A stretch of DNA of 64,000 bases from Chiloscyllium plagiosum. Taxonomy: Eukaryota. The notes below the pieces were generated by a model. It had not been told where the DNA came from. It searched no databases and worked only from the letters and a program-made list of their open reading frames with translations. Positions 51,721 through 64,000 of this stretch are shown here, piece by piece (the first letter of the stretch is position 1; the number at the start of each line of letters is the position of its first letter). The position numbers and the translations under genes are program-made. The stretch is from contig NC_057728.1 of NCBI RefSeq assembly GCF_004010195.1, forward strand, positions 43,958,569 to 44,022,568. The letters are read 5' to 3'.

Positions 51721-52977
51721 GACAGATGAAAGGGGGGTAAAACAGAAAGGAACAGAAGGAGTGGAGGAGCTCCAATTGGAACATCCTATTGATTGCAAAT
51801 ACCTATCCTGAGGAATTTCTGCAGTGATGTCCTGTGACATGTCCGTTGAGCAGTCAAGGCCCAGTCTGGGACTTTGCTGAACAGCTGCATTCCTCAAAAT
51901 CAAAATCATTTGACCATACCTCCTTGATGTAGCCTTGTACTACAATTAGAATGTGAAATGCTGCCAATTTGGCAACTTTGCTGAAGTTATATTGCCACTT
52001 TTGCAAAGTGGCTTTGAAATCAATTAGTAGTATGACCTGATTTTGAAAGATAATCCAAGAAAATTTCAATATTCTTTTTTAGCAGAATCATCCTTAAAAG
52101 TAGTTGTTTTTTTCCAGCTTCCTGATGTTTGTCACTGTTCTCCCCAGGCTATTCAAGTACACACTGAAACAGCTCTCCATAAATTACTTGAGAAAAGAAT
52201 GATGTTTTGCTGCCTTGCAAAACAAACCAATTATTTTGATTTGATAGGACTGTACAAAAACTTGTGGAGACTAATCTAAGTTATTTACTATTTCTGTTTT
52301 CCACATCTTGTCTTTCATGGAGTTTTTCCATATAATGATTTTATATTATGTTTGTCTTCTACAAAATGCTTGTAAAATTATATGGTTTGAACTGTTTTGA
52401 ATTTGCCGAACATTCGCTAATTGGCAATAATTAAACTTAAAATTTATGATGGGGTAATTTTATAGTAATAAGATGTTCCAAAAGATTATTTATTAACTAG
52501 AAGTATTAGAGAACTGCTGCCAGTGATACTTTAAAGTGGTGTTTTGTATGTGTGTTTTTTGATTTTATGTTATGAAATAATCCCATTTAAGTGAATCTTA
52601 GTGAAACAATATGATTAAAGTGATAAGGGACTGTCTAGATTTTTCCATACTCAGTCAGTAGCTGAAGACTTTTCACAAATCTAGTGTCCCAAAATGTAAG
52701 CAGACCGTGTTTTGTTGTGTCTTACTTGACTAAGAGCTGGCAAAATAGAAAGGAACGCATGTCTGCATAAAACGTACTTGACCTCGACCAAATCAAATAA
52801 CTTAGTTTTGGCTAAAAGCTTGTTACTTATGTCTTATTATCTGTATGGGGTACACTAACTACATACTGTAACAATTGTATTCTGACAGGTATGTTTATGA
52901 TATTAGTTGGAACAATGCCAGTTGATCACATGGTTATAATTCGACTTAGATATGTGCCTTTTTTTTCCTTTTTTCAG

Positions 52978-53052
52978 ATGTCAGACAGTTTAATCCAAGG
53001 CTATTATGACAGATACATGCCCCGAATGAAAGAGTTGGAAGCATTTAACCTG
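52978..53052 (+). CDS. METTL25: METTL25 coding exon, phase 0/0
   Basis: Long pyrimidine tract + cag|ATG...CTG|gtaagc. Translates MSDSLIQGYYDRYMPRMKELEAFNL. Confidence 0.93.
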
Positions 53053-54026
53053 GTAAGCTTTGGGGAATAAACATAAAAGAATTTGCACATGAGAAGCAAG
53101 AGAAGTATGCCGATTTTTTTTCCAGGATCACTGCCCTAAACACTGTTGGTCTGACAGTGCAGTCAAAACAAAAGTTTGTTGCGATAGCAATAGTTTTCTA
53201 ACATTATAAAGATCTGCATCAAGCAAAATTCATTCAATAAGAAGAATCCCATTTAAGCACAGTCAAGAGCAGACCAGGAGAGGATTTTTAGTATCTTCTG
53301 ACTAATAGAGTTTAGTATCCTTTGACAAGAATTTCAGCTGTCCATTCAAAGGAAACACTGGCCTTTATTTGTAGGCTATAATAGTGTCCACTGGTTTCTG
53401 GCTTGGGACAAGTGGTTGCTCTCTTTGTGGTCATAAGACAAAGGAATTTGGATCCACTCAAGGGTGGCACAAATTTGTAATTTGTTCTAAAATGTTCATC
53501 CCATTTTCAGATACCACAGGGACTGAGGAAAAGAGGAAAGAACATATTGGTATTCTAGTGCTGAGGGGTACCAGTGTAAAATTGCATAGTGCTGACAAGG
53601 TGCCAAAAGTGGCAAAATTAAGAGAGCATTTCATCCCCCAGCACTGACATGATACATTAACCAGAACCAAAAAGATCAACAAAAACAGGTTTTTGTTTAA
53701 TTATAGGCAGGTGCAGAAATCAATAATTGAGCTAAGTTTCCAATTACTATGACAATTAATGCTGCACTGATATCTTGGTCAACTTGCTGCCCAGAAACAT
53801 ACTCACTCTAAGACTTAAGGCAAACACTTGTCAGTATAATATTGCTGGGTGTACTTGTAGTTAAAAAAAAATTCATTTCAGTACAAATTATTTTAGATTT
53901 CTAGCAATATAGTCTGACTTAATTTAATTCAGTACTGTAAGTTAATAGGAATTCTTTAGCTAAAAATGGAGTTAAGTCAATATTGTGATGAGAAATGTGG
54001 GTAGCAAAATTTGGCTATTACATCAA

Positions 54027-54365
54027 GGGGAGATGGTAGCATAGTTGTATGTCATAGGATTAGTCATTGAGAGGCCCAGGCTAATACCGTGGCAACATGG
54101 CTTCAAAACCTACATGGCAACTGGTGAAATTTAAATTCAGTTAATAAATCTGGAATAGCAAAGGTAGTCTCGGTAGTAATGACTATGAAACTATCATTGA
54201 TTGTAAAATCCACCAGGTTCACTGATGTCCTTTACAGAATGAATCTGCCTCACCGAGCTGAGCCTACAATGTATTGTGGCTGACTCCTAGCAACCCACAA
54301 AGTTCAAGGGCAATTAGCAATGCACAACAAATTAAGGTCTTGCCAGTAATGCCCATATTCCATAA
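54027..54365 (+). mobile_element. SINE, same family as 48484
   Basis: Shared ggttcactgatgtccttta and ttcaaggg caattag blocks. Confidence 0.65.
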
Positions 54366-55090
54366 AAAAGTTTTTACAATTAAGCAATTAAAAATTACAT
54401 TTACATTTAACCCTGAAGTTTACAGTCACAGTGAACAAGCCATAAATTCCTCCGGAACTTCTAATGCCCAATTCCTGCCGTTGGGAGCTCTGACCCAGTG
54501 GAGTTTGATGAACAGGGTAGCAAACTTTATTACATTCCTGTTTTTCTATCTGAAAATAGTCCGAATAAGAAATATTGATATTCAGATGCTCTTGATAGTG
54601 AGAAGGGAGCACATTAACAGCTATGCTACAGTGACTCTATACACATGTATTTGAAATTTTGTTGGCAGTCAGTCTGAGGAGTCCAACAAAGAGCATACTG
54701 TGTCTGTGGGTAAGACATATTGTGTCTTGTGCATTCCAAGGTTGTGTTAATTGGAGCAAGGAAAAGGAGGAGGTCATTTTACTCATATAATGTGTTGGCA
54801 TATTTATGTATAGCATACTTAATTAACTTCTACTAAGGCCTGCTTGATGCTAAACTTGGAACTATCTTGGAACTTCAGAATATTATATTGACATAAGAAT
54901 CCATACCATATGAGCAAAAGTCGTGAACCTCTGTAAAAAATACTTTCTATTAAATACAATTAGCGACAGCTGTTTAAATAGATTAATAATTAAAACTGTT
55001 GACTGCATTATTCAACTTGGATAGCTGATGAACATAGTTATGAAACACTTACATCGACAATTGGAACTATTGTATGCATCTTTCTTTCAG

Positions 55091-55162
55091 CTGAAAGTAG
55101 CCTTATCCCCTTGTATAGAGGGTTTGATTCTCTTGGACCGGCTTTGCTACCTCAAAGAACAG
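55091..55162 (+). CDS. METTL25: METTL25 coding exon, phase 0/0
   Basis: tttctttcag|CTG...CAG|gtacct. Translates LKVALSPCIEGLILLDRLCYLKEQ. Confidence 0.95.
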
Positions 55163-55681
55163 GTACCTCTATCTCTCACTGGGTGGTGTATGTGGGGTAC
55201 TTCATTCTGCCAAAGATTTCATGCCTATGATGAAATTATGGAGATTTTCAGAAAATGCTTTATTTCTTTAAATTGATCTGTGTAGTTTTGCAATCTTTAA
55301 AACGTATGGCTAACAGATGTTCTATATATTTGCTATAGTTACATTTGTTTATCTCACTTAATCAAAAAAGTGGCATTTAAAATACAACTATAAGACAGAA
55401 GACAATATGCAGTCCAACTGACAGATATATTTTACAATGGTTGGGTTAAAAATAGAATAAAATGGTGAAATTACAGTACCTTGATTGCTGTGAATTACCT
55501 GTATTAGTTACAATAAATTATCTACACATGGTAACTACTGTAATTACAATATGATTTTATCATTATACACATGAGTACAAATGCAGGGACACATATGTAT
55601 TCAATGTGAAATGACGTGTTTTGTTGAAGCTTTATTTTAATGAACCATCTGAAATGTTTCTTAAACTTATGTCTTTTGCAG

Positions 55682-55768
55682 GAAAATGTAGCATGGTCAG
55701 CATTAGTACAGCTGTTTGATCCCCTGAAGTCCCCAAGATGTTATGCGGTAATTGGCGTGAAGAAGTAG
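55682..55768 (+). CDS. METTL25: METTL25 last coding exon with TAG stop
   Basis: gtcttttgcag|GAA. Translates ENVAWSALVQLFDPLKSPRCYAVIGVKK*, with the family LFDPxxSPR motif. Confidence 0.95.
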   Translation, partial: ENVAWSALVQLFDPLKSPRCYAVIGVKK

Positions 55769-55937
55769 CACTGCTCCAAGTTCACATACAATATTTTTGA
55801 TACAAGTTTGATTTCAAGATTTTTACTTGATCCATTCCTGTACAAACTAACTTTGTGATTTTAGGGGGTGTAAAGTTTCCAGTTTTATGTTACATTTTTA
55901 AACAGTTGAATACAAATTTTGCACACATAAGTTGTTG

Positions 55938-55943
55938 AATAAA
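55938..55943 (+). promoter_or_regulatory. Candidate polyadenylation signal of METTL25
   Basis: First AATAAA after the stop codon, about 170 nt downstream. Another lies at 56454-56459. Confidence 0.5.
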
Positions 55944-56911
55944 TGAAAAATTTGAGAGAAAAAGTTATTATTGTAAATTGCATTTTCTGACCAGACTTGT
56001 TCAAGTGAAAGAGTTAAAATCTTTTTAAAAAGGAACATTCAATTTTTCATGATATGAAAAGTAAGGATTTTAATTTTGAAACCACCAGCTTATAAGGGCC
56101 TCTTGTTGTTTTTCATAATCAAAAATTAATTCACATCTACTTGCATGCACATTTTTGTTTCATAACTTAACTTACGTTGAATAAGTGTTAAGTGAAGGTC
56201 CAATTTAACCTAGTTATCTAGACAACTAGAATGCAATTTAAAGTAATGCCAACAGCGCAAAGTTCAAATCCCATTCCAGCTAAGGTAGACTTTATCTCAT
56301 CGACTCTCCTTATCCTATGTAGTTTGGACTAAAGTACATTGCGCTCAAGCTTGTCTGATATGAAATTTGAATGTATAATGATTGTTTTTTACAGAGGATA
56401 ATTTCTATAGGATTTTTAATTAACCTTGTCTGAGTGCACAATACTATATCTAAAATAAATTTATCTTTAGTTGATTACAAAACCTGATGTTTCAGGGAAT
56501 TGTCACAAAGGCAGTCTACAAATACCTCTTCCAATTTGATATGTTCAGTCTATATAAACAGTCAGACCCTTACAATTAATACACCATCTTTTGTTAGAAA
56601 CTCCAATTGTTGCTTTTTAATATTCTATCTAGCAATATTGTCTAACAAATAGAACTTGCAATGAAGAGAGGTATTTGAGTTGACTGACAGAGGCGCATTT
56701 TGGGGCCAGCTGGATACACTCTGGAGAGTGCAAGGATTAGGAGATTATGTTCAAGAAAGATGGATTGAGGTTCATGTGGATAATATGTACAGTTGTGGAA
56801 CTGTTCAATCAAGTAGCCTATTTCTGTGTTGTAAGTGCTCAGTAATACAGTGAAGCTTTGTGGAATTAAGTAGGATATATTGTCTGTCTTGCATATTGTT
56901 GGCAGTGATTT

Positions 56912-57300
56912 AAGGGAGAAGACAGTTGCGGTCATAATGTCACTAAATTAGTAATCCAGAAATCCAAGATAATGTTTTTGATGACATGGGTTGAAATCCC
57001 GCCATGGCAAATGGTGATGTCAGAACTCAATAAAAAATTTATCATGATATTTGAATTCAATAAAAATCAGAAGTAAAGAAGCTACACTAATGCCATCCAT
57101 GTAACCACATCAACCAAGGTAAAAACTCATCTCGTTCACTACTGTCCTTTAGGGAAAGAAATTTGCTTCCTTACCTGGTCTGGCTTACATGTATCTCAGA
57201 CCCATGATGATGTGGTTGATTCTTAATTACCAATTTGTTATGGGCAATATACATGGGCCTTATCCACTGATGCCTACAATTTGTGATGGAATAAAATAAA
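56912..57300 (+). mobile_element. SINE, same family as 48484
   Basis: gggttgaaatccc B-box-like motif; gttcactactgtcctttagggaaagaaat...ttacctggtctggc. Confidence 0.65.
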
Positions 57301-57936
57301 AACAAGGTCCTTGTGGATTTATCAGCTTAATTCCTTTTTCTTAATTTATTCAGGCAAAATGCAAGTTGCGAATATGATTTGGGATCTATTTTTCCAGTCA
57401 CCACATTCATTAACTTATGCTGACCTGAATCTTAGGTGCACTTGCAGCTATACTTGAAGAAACAGGGTGCATCTTTTTTTTTCATTGCAGCTGCACCTCC
57501 TACTTTGAACAAGTTAGAGCCTGCAAAGGAACCCTTCTAAAACCACAGTTTATGATGAAAATTATTGTGGTGGAAACAGAAATTGTAGGTAGTTATTCAC
57601 TGAAGCATTTTGGAAATTTGGGAATACCATCACACAATTGCTGATAGTTTGGGGGCCCTGCTATTGTAAGTGGAAGTAATGAAAAGGCTCTATTTGGAGC
57701 AATAGATCATTTTCCAAGTAATGTGCCAGCCGCTTGTAGGGAGATCGCTATTTGAGTAATTCAGTCATTCAGCTTCATCATATGTTGTAGGAATATAGTT
57801 AGGAGCTTTAGAAAGCTTGAAAAATAAGCAGGCTGAATACAAGCAGGGGCAGGAAGAGCGGGCTTTCAGAGCTGAATGGCCATTTTATGTCATGGCTGAT
57901 CATCTCCCTCAAAGCCATTTTTCTGCACTATCCCCT

Positions 57937-58584
57937 TGTTATGGATCAGACCACATCCCCCTCAAAGTATTTTCAGAAGGTAGCTTAGACCCTAACCTTT
58001 TCTAATTTCAAAGGTAAATGTGATGTGATGTGACTTGACAAACGACTCGATATTAAGCAAAACAATTTATTTAAACACTATAATTACAATACAAACAAAA
58101 GAAAAAGGAATTTAGAATAACTTAACTGTTGGAAAACATAATAGAATAATAGATACAGTACCTTTTAATAATTAAGTGTTCTAACATAGTAACCTACCAA
58201 AACCAAATCCGTTTGCAAACAGGCAAATTCAGACACAGATCCTCACATGTGGTTTTCCAATCCAGGAGGAAGAAACATCAAGAGAAAAGTCAGAAAGTGT
58301 AGCAGCCAAATGACATTCACTGACACTTCCAACTCTTTGAGACCCCAAATAGCTTCTGATTAAAACTCAGTCTGAAAACTAAAAAGAAACCTGGAAAGCC
58401 TGGTGTGTGAGGGCTGACCACACCCAGAATGCTTCCATCGTTCCAATTTTTTTAAAATCCTAAAGGCTTCACAAGTTATTTACTTAAATCATCTTCAAGT
58501 AGCCAATTCAATACCTGTGTCCTACAATGTCTCTTCAAAAAAAAACCAGGACAAAATAACCTTTAAAGTGACAACATCATCACA
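57937..58584 (-). mobile_element. Solo LTR
   Basis: TGTTATG...CATCACA termini; exact 5-bp duplication CCCCT at 57932-57936 and 58585-58589. Splits a minus-strand CR1 tail. Minus-strand AATAAA inside. Confidence 0.8.
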
Positions 58585-58809
58585 CCCCTATCCCTTGATT
58601 TATTGATATTTAGAAATCTATTATCCCAACCTTGAACATACTCAATAAGTGAGCTTAAAGAGCCCTCCAGCACAGAGAATTCATATCCTCTGACCAAAGT
58701 AATTCCTCCCATCTGCCTCAGACTTGCACATTATCCCGAGACTAGAAGACCCCACTGAATCTCTTTTTCTCTCCCTTGTCATCCTGGCCTGACCTGGAAA
58801 ATCTTTTGA

Positions 58810-59135
58810 CTGTTGTAGCCAATTTGCACACAACACAGTCCCTCAAACAGTAATGTGATAATAATCAGATAATCAAATTAACAATGTTGACCAAGGGAAA
58901 AATATTGGTCAGGACACTGAGGAGAACCATCTTTGAAATAATTCCATGAATTATTTTATGTCCACTTGAGACAGCAGATGGAGCCTCAGTTCAACACCTA
59001 ACTTGAAATACAGTGCAAAACATCCTCAGTACTGTGCTGAAGTGTTAGCATTCATGGACATTGTGCTAAAGTATTTGGAGTGGGACTGGAATACACAATC
59101 ATGTAATTCAAAGGTAAATGTGCTATCACTGAGCA
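58810..59135 (-). mobile_element. Old Deu-domain SINE (DeuSINE-like)
   Basis: Minus strand starts gctcagtgatagcac (tRNA-like), then gttgaactgaggctcc...gtgtcctgaccaatatt, resembling the Deu domain as I recall it. Confidence 0.6.
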
Positions 59136-61078
59136 TTATCTACTCAATAACTTCTGCTTAACACTAGACTGGTGCCCCAGTGCTGTTTCCACTTAAGGGA
59201 CTATGTGTTCACAACTAAAGTTCCACATATAGGGGGTTTATTATCTTGGCTATAAGAACAAAGTACAGTGGATGCTGGAAATCTGAAATAAAAATGTGAA
59301 ATTTTGGAAATAGTCATAGGTGTAGAATCATCTGTGGAAAAAGAAAAATAGTTCAAGTTTCAAGTTAGTGAATGAAAGTTCTTAGACATGTTCTTGGTTT
59401 TAAGCAAAGGGAATGAGTTCATGGAAGGTTGTAACTGTAGGTGATAATTCTACTTTCTTTCCCAATCACATCTCTCAGCACATATTTCTTGCTGGCCCTG
59501 TTCCCATTTCTTCTTGCTACTCACTGTTGTTCTTCTGTCTTTGAATTGCTCGTCTTTCACTCTATCTCAGTCCTTCCCATTTCTTCGTTTCCCCCCTCCA
59601 CACCACTTTCACCCCCATTACTTCACATCTTTGCCTTGCTTAAAAATGTTCACTTGTTTTTTATTTCCTCTCACACGGATGCTGCAGGATCTGCTGAGTA
59701 GTTCCAGCACTTCCAGGTTTAATTTCCAAGTCTTGGCTACTTGTCAAGTTGGGATATGGGATAAAGACAATTCACTCCATACAGACAAATGGGAGAGAGG
59801 ATGACAAATCAGCACCTGTTTTTCATTGCATTCTGTTTTCCTTTCTGATGACCATTGACCTTGTGTCTCCCACAACCCCTCCATATTTTTCAGTTATTCA
59901 CATATCTATGTCTCTTAAATGTCTTTAATTTATAATATTGTGCTTCTTCCGAATACACCATGTTATTATCACCAGTCATTTAAACATCTTCTTTTCAAGA
60001 AGTTTAGTAATTTTACTTCCTCCATCGTATGTATTTGGGTGCATGTCTCTCTTGCCTATTCCCATCCCCCATACTCTTTGATATGTTTCTTCTACAAATG
60101 TTGTTCATCTGCAATTTTCTTCCAGATCTGATAAAAATTTTCACCTGAAAGGTTAACTGGTTTGTTCTCACCACAGATGTAGACTTGCCTATTAAGTGTT
60201 TCCAGAATTTTTCTTGTTTGTTTCAGCTTCCCATCATCTGTAGCTTTTGATTTTAACCTCTTTTCTGCTGGGAAATCTCTACCCTGTACACGTTGCCTTT
60301 CCAATGGGAAAGCCAAAATCAAAAGGGTTGGTTTTCAATGTGAAACCAGTGAAGTAAAAACAGTGAGTTGGCCACAGCTGAAAGAGAGGAATGTGAAAAA
60401 GAATACAACTGAGGTTTAAAGTTCAACAAGATAAGAGGAACAAAGCCAACAAGGATATTAAAATAGTTTGGCATTATGTATGTTTAACATATAAATCAGG
60501 ACCTCAATTATGTAAGGGCATTGTCCTTGAGGAAAAGGGAACAAGGAAATCCAGTTGTTGCTGTGATAATAAAATCATAAGATATATCGCACACAAGTGG
60601 TGTGATATGTTTTGAAATACTCTATGATCTTGATCTTCAGCAAACAAACTTAAATGACATTTCAAGTGAAGGTACTGTCCCTTTATTAGCAACAATCCTT
60701 GTTTTGGTCAAAAGACAGAAACAAGCACTGGAAAGCTACAAAAAATAGAAATAAATGCATCTTTCATTAATTTTAATCTTGCTTGTCCCCCTATTATTTT
60801 GTCCCTCTTCCAAAAGATCATTTATTTTTAATGTCAGTGATTTCACAGATGTAGCCATCTATTGTTATGTTGCTAGATACATCATTGAGCATTTGTAGGG
60901 CATTCACTCAAAGGAAACATCAGAGATAAGGCCAGTCCCACTCTGTACATGTACGCTGTAGCAAAGGTGACTGGCTTTCCTCTTAGGCGTGACTTACCTC
61001 TTGATTACCAAAATTTTATACCTTTGTTAATTAACGGCTGTGAGGATAAGTTCAGCAACACTGGCAAGAAATATTTAG

Positions 61079-61212
61079 GTAGGAGAAAGTGAGGACTGCA
61101 GATGCTGGAGATCAGAGCTGAAAAATGTGTCGCTGGAAAAGCGCAGCAGGTCAGGCAGCATCCGAGGAGCAGGAGAATTGACATTTCGGGCATAAGCCCT
61201 TCTTCAGGATGT
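61079..61212 (-). mobile_element. Solo PLE terminus (hammerhead plus tail, no inverted arm)
   Basis: Minus reads atc-CTGAAGA-A-GGGC-ttat-GCCC-GAAA-TGTC...ccagcatctgcagtcctcactttctcc. Imperfect 14-bp duplication caagaaatatttag / caagaaaagtttag. Confidence 0.8.
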
Positions 61213-62394
61213 CAAGAAAAGTTTAGCCTCAATGGTGAGAAAGCTTTAAGAAAAAATAATTTGGGACAGAATTAACAGTCACATAATTAAGGAAAGTAGC
61301 ATGGGTTTGACAAAGGATAGTGGGTTTAAGTTACTTTAAGTTTTTTTATAATGTAAAAGAGCTGAGGAGGGTTATGTAGTTTACATGGATTTCCAAAAAC
61401 TAGCCAGTAACATTAAAACCCAGAAAATAAAAACAAAATGGCAGCATGGAGTTACAGGAAGGCACTTAGTGACAGTGTCATTGGCTGAGTGACAGGAAAC
61501 AGCTAATGAAGGAAAAACAATGCTGGAAATTCTCAATAGATCGAGCAGCATCAAGTTTCACGTCAAAATCTTTCTTCAGAATAGTCCAACCTGTCAAGTG
61601 CAATAAACCTGAGAATTACCAATGATACAGTTGGGAAGTTGCAAAGATACCAGTTAGGGGACTTGTCTGTTCTAAGTCAAGAAAGGTGGCGAGATGTCCT
61701 GGGTGACTGAATAGGTAGTGCAGAGGGCAGGAGGCACAGTAGTTTGGGGTGAGGGGGGGGGACAAAACCATTGAGTGAGAATACTGCATGCAACATCAAG
61801 AATGGTAGACCATAACTCTAAATGAAAAGTGGATACAGTGGCAGAGTTAGAGTGAGTGTGAGGTAGCAGAGAGAAGATTTTAGCATTATGGAGCACAGGA
61901 GCCATTAATCTTCTGGCCGTATTGCTACATTTTCCTTCTAATTGTGGATACTATACTGTAGTGGATACTTGACCAAGCTGACAGGGTCAGGTGCTGTGAT
62001 CTCCTCTGGAGTCTGGGAAGTGAGAAGGGCCCTCTTCTTCCCTTGGTCCAGCAGGACCTCCAGGTCGGAAATGGAGTGCCAACGTCCCTCTCTCAGTCAT
62101 GTCATTTGGAATTGCTCAGCAACACACTAAGGACAGATCCCAGCTTGCAGCATTTGAAATAGCATTTATAAACGGCATCCACAGCATGAACGCTGTAAGG
62201 TTCTGACACTGATGAAAATTTCCAGTTCTGTTGAATGTAAGCTTGCAGTAGAGTACAGCCATGGAGGTGGGATGCATAATTAAAAAGCTAAACAGCAGAC
62301 AACTACGCATGAAGTGTTGCCAGGGCTCACAGAGGGAAGCTCTCTATGAAACTGAACGAAATTGACACAGCCAAAATAAAGGAAGACTCAGTTC

Positions 62395-63255
62395 AGAGTT
62401 CGAGTTCACTGGATCCAAAATATTAACTGATTTCTCTCCACAGTTATGGCCAGACCTGCTGAGCTTTTCCAGCAATTTCTGTTTTTGATTCTGATTTCCA
62501 GCATCTGCAGTTCTTTCAGTTTTTTATTCAGTTCAGAGTCAGTGTTTTGACTGTTTTGTCTAGTGTTTTGTCTATTGTGACTGTTCTTTGGAACTGAAGA
62601 GAGAGGCGGAAAAGTGATAGGTTTTATATGATAGAAAAATGTGGGGAGTAGCATGCAGACCAAAGGGAGGTCAGGGGAAGGTGAAAGCTCAACACTGAAT
62701 TCAACAACTTTTTGTTTCTCCTGTCTTCTCCACACACCATTCTCTAGGTGACATGATTTTGCTTTCAATAGAGCTGGCCTATATTCTGCCATTGACACCT
62801 ACTATTAACAGATATTCTATCCTTCTGTCTCTTTATGAGCATTACCACTCCCTTAGTGGTTCTGAGGAAGGGTCATTGGACCCAAAGTGTTAACTCTGAT
62901 TTCTCTTCACAGATCCTGTTGAGCTTTTCTAACAACTTCTGTTTGTGTTTCTCACTTACAGCATCCGCAGTTCTTTCAGTTTTTACCATTCCCTTAGTCT
63001 TTTGTTCTGCAATCCTATGATCTCTAATCTCCCTCATGCTAACCTTCCCTTTTTGCTTCAACATGGGCTCCTCCCAACATTTTTCTACAGTATAAAGCTC
63101 ACCAATTTTCCATCTCTCTCTTTCGTTCTGAAGAACAGTCAAGTTAGTTTCTTCTGTTTTTCTCTCTCCAGAGCTGCTGCTAGGTTTGCTGAGTTTCTCC
63201 GGTGGTTTCAGTTCTTTATTTCAAAGTTCCAGCATTTTCCAATCTTCTGTTTTTC
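62395..63255 (+). mobile_element. Cluster of old PLE terminal fragments
   Basis: Repeated ttaactctgatttctc...cagacctgctgag...tccagc...cagcatctgcagtt blocks at about 62405, 62860 and 63125. Decayed hammerhead ctgagga-a-gggtcattggaccc-aaag at 62862. Confidence 0.6.
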
Positions 63256-63269
63256 TTTAAAAATTATGA

Positions 63270-63815
63270 TAAAATGCTGGTTCAGCATCAACTGGAGTAT
63301 TCTGTCCAAATCGGGGACAACGCTTTTTGAAATGATGTGAAGGCTTTGGAGAGAGTAGAGAAAGGATTCAGGAGAAGGAATGAGGAATGAGATGGATGAA
63401 TAAGGTGAAGAATCTACAGCTGTTCTCCTTGGAGAAGTGAAGGTTAGGAGATTAGTTAGAAATTTTCAAAACTCACAAGAGGTTTGCACAGAGTAGATGG
63501 AGAGAAACTCCTCCCGTTGGTAGAAGAGTTGAGAACCAGAGGACACTGATTCAAAGTGATTAGCAAATATGTATGACTGGTATGAGGATATTATGCAGAA
63601 AGTCGTTAAGGTTTTAAATTCACTGCCTGAGAGTGTGGTGATTATTTCAGCTGAGGCCTTCAAAAGAGAATTGAATAATTCCTGAGGTATAAAATAATTA
63701 CAGGACTATCGGTAAAAACAGAGAAGGCAATCAGTGGGTTGCTTTTTTTCAGCAGTTGAATAGACTCTGTGGTTGAATGCTGTCTTTCAATACTGTCACC
63801 TCTCCATGATTCTAG
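63270..63815 (+). mobile_element. Degraded CR1 3' portion
   Basis: ctggagtattctgtccaa..., agaaccagaggacac, cactgcctgagagtgtgg, tail ccatgattcta. Confidence 0.65.
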
Positions 63816-64000
63816 ATCAGCAAATTTCTGGTTTCACAAACAAAGTAACAGTGATATTATACATTTTGTCAAATGAACATAGTGAGCCTTGAGAAATGGC
63901 TGTCAAAGCCACCTGACCTTTTACAACTGTAGTGTTAGTAAGTTCCTGGAAGGCTATAAATGAAGTACAGACAGACATATCTAGCCATGTAAAGGTGTTC

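Noticed and set aside
56000..64000. Second host gene downstream
   Set aside because: Only repeat remnants and short chance ORFs; no exon with a recognisable protein motif.

Overview
This is AT-rich, repeat-dense vertebrate genomic DNA. The SINE, CR1 and Penelope families point to a cartilaginous fish (shark). The only host gene I can support is the 3' part of METTL25 on the + strand: nine coding exons from 4048 to the stop codon at 55768, with consistent phases and GT-AG boundaries. The upstream exons lie outside the window. Introns and the 3' flank are filled with CR1/L2-type LINE fragments, tRNA-derived SINEs, one clear and one possible solo LTR, old Harbinger-like remnants and a minisatellite. 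The most notable content is a set of Penelope-like element (PLE) insertions. These form perfect or near-perfect fold-back palindromes with 14-15 bp target-site duplications and a 33-40 nt unpaired tail. They carry minimal type I hammerhead ribozyme motifs (CUGANGA-N-stem II-GAAA-CGUH) in at least three sequence families, with conserved or compensated helices. Several short copies break or turn around immediately 5' of the hammerhead. Hammerheads in PLEs are known in general; activity of these copies is untested. There are two N gaps (22563-22648, 30755-31019). Comparisons to human METTL25 and to repeat families are from memory, not from a search.
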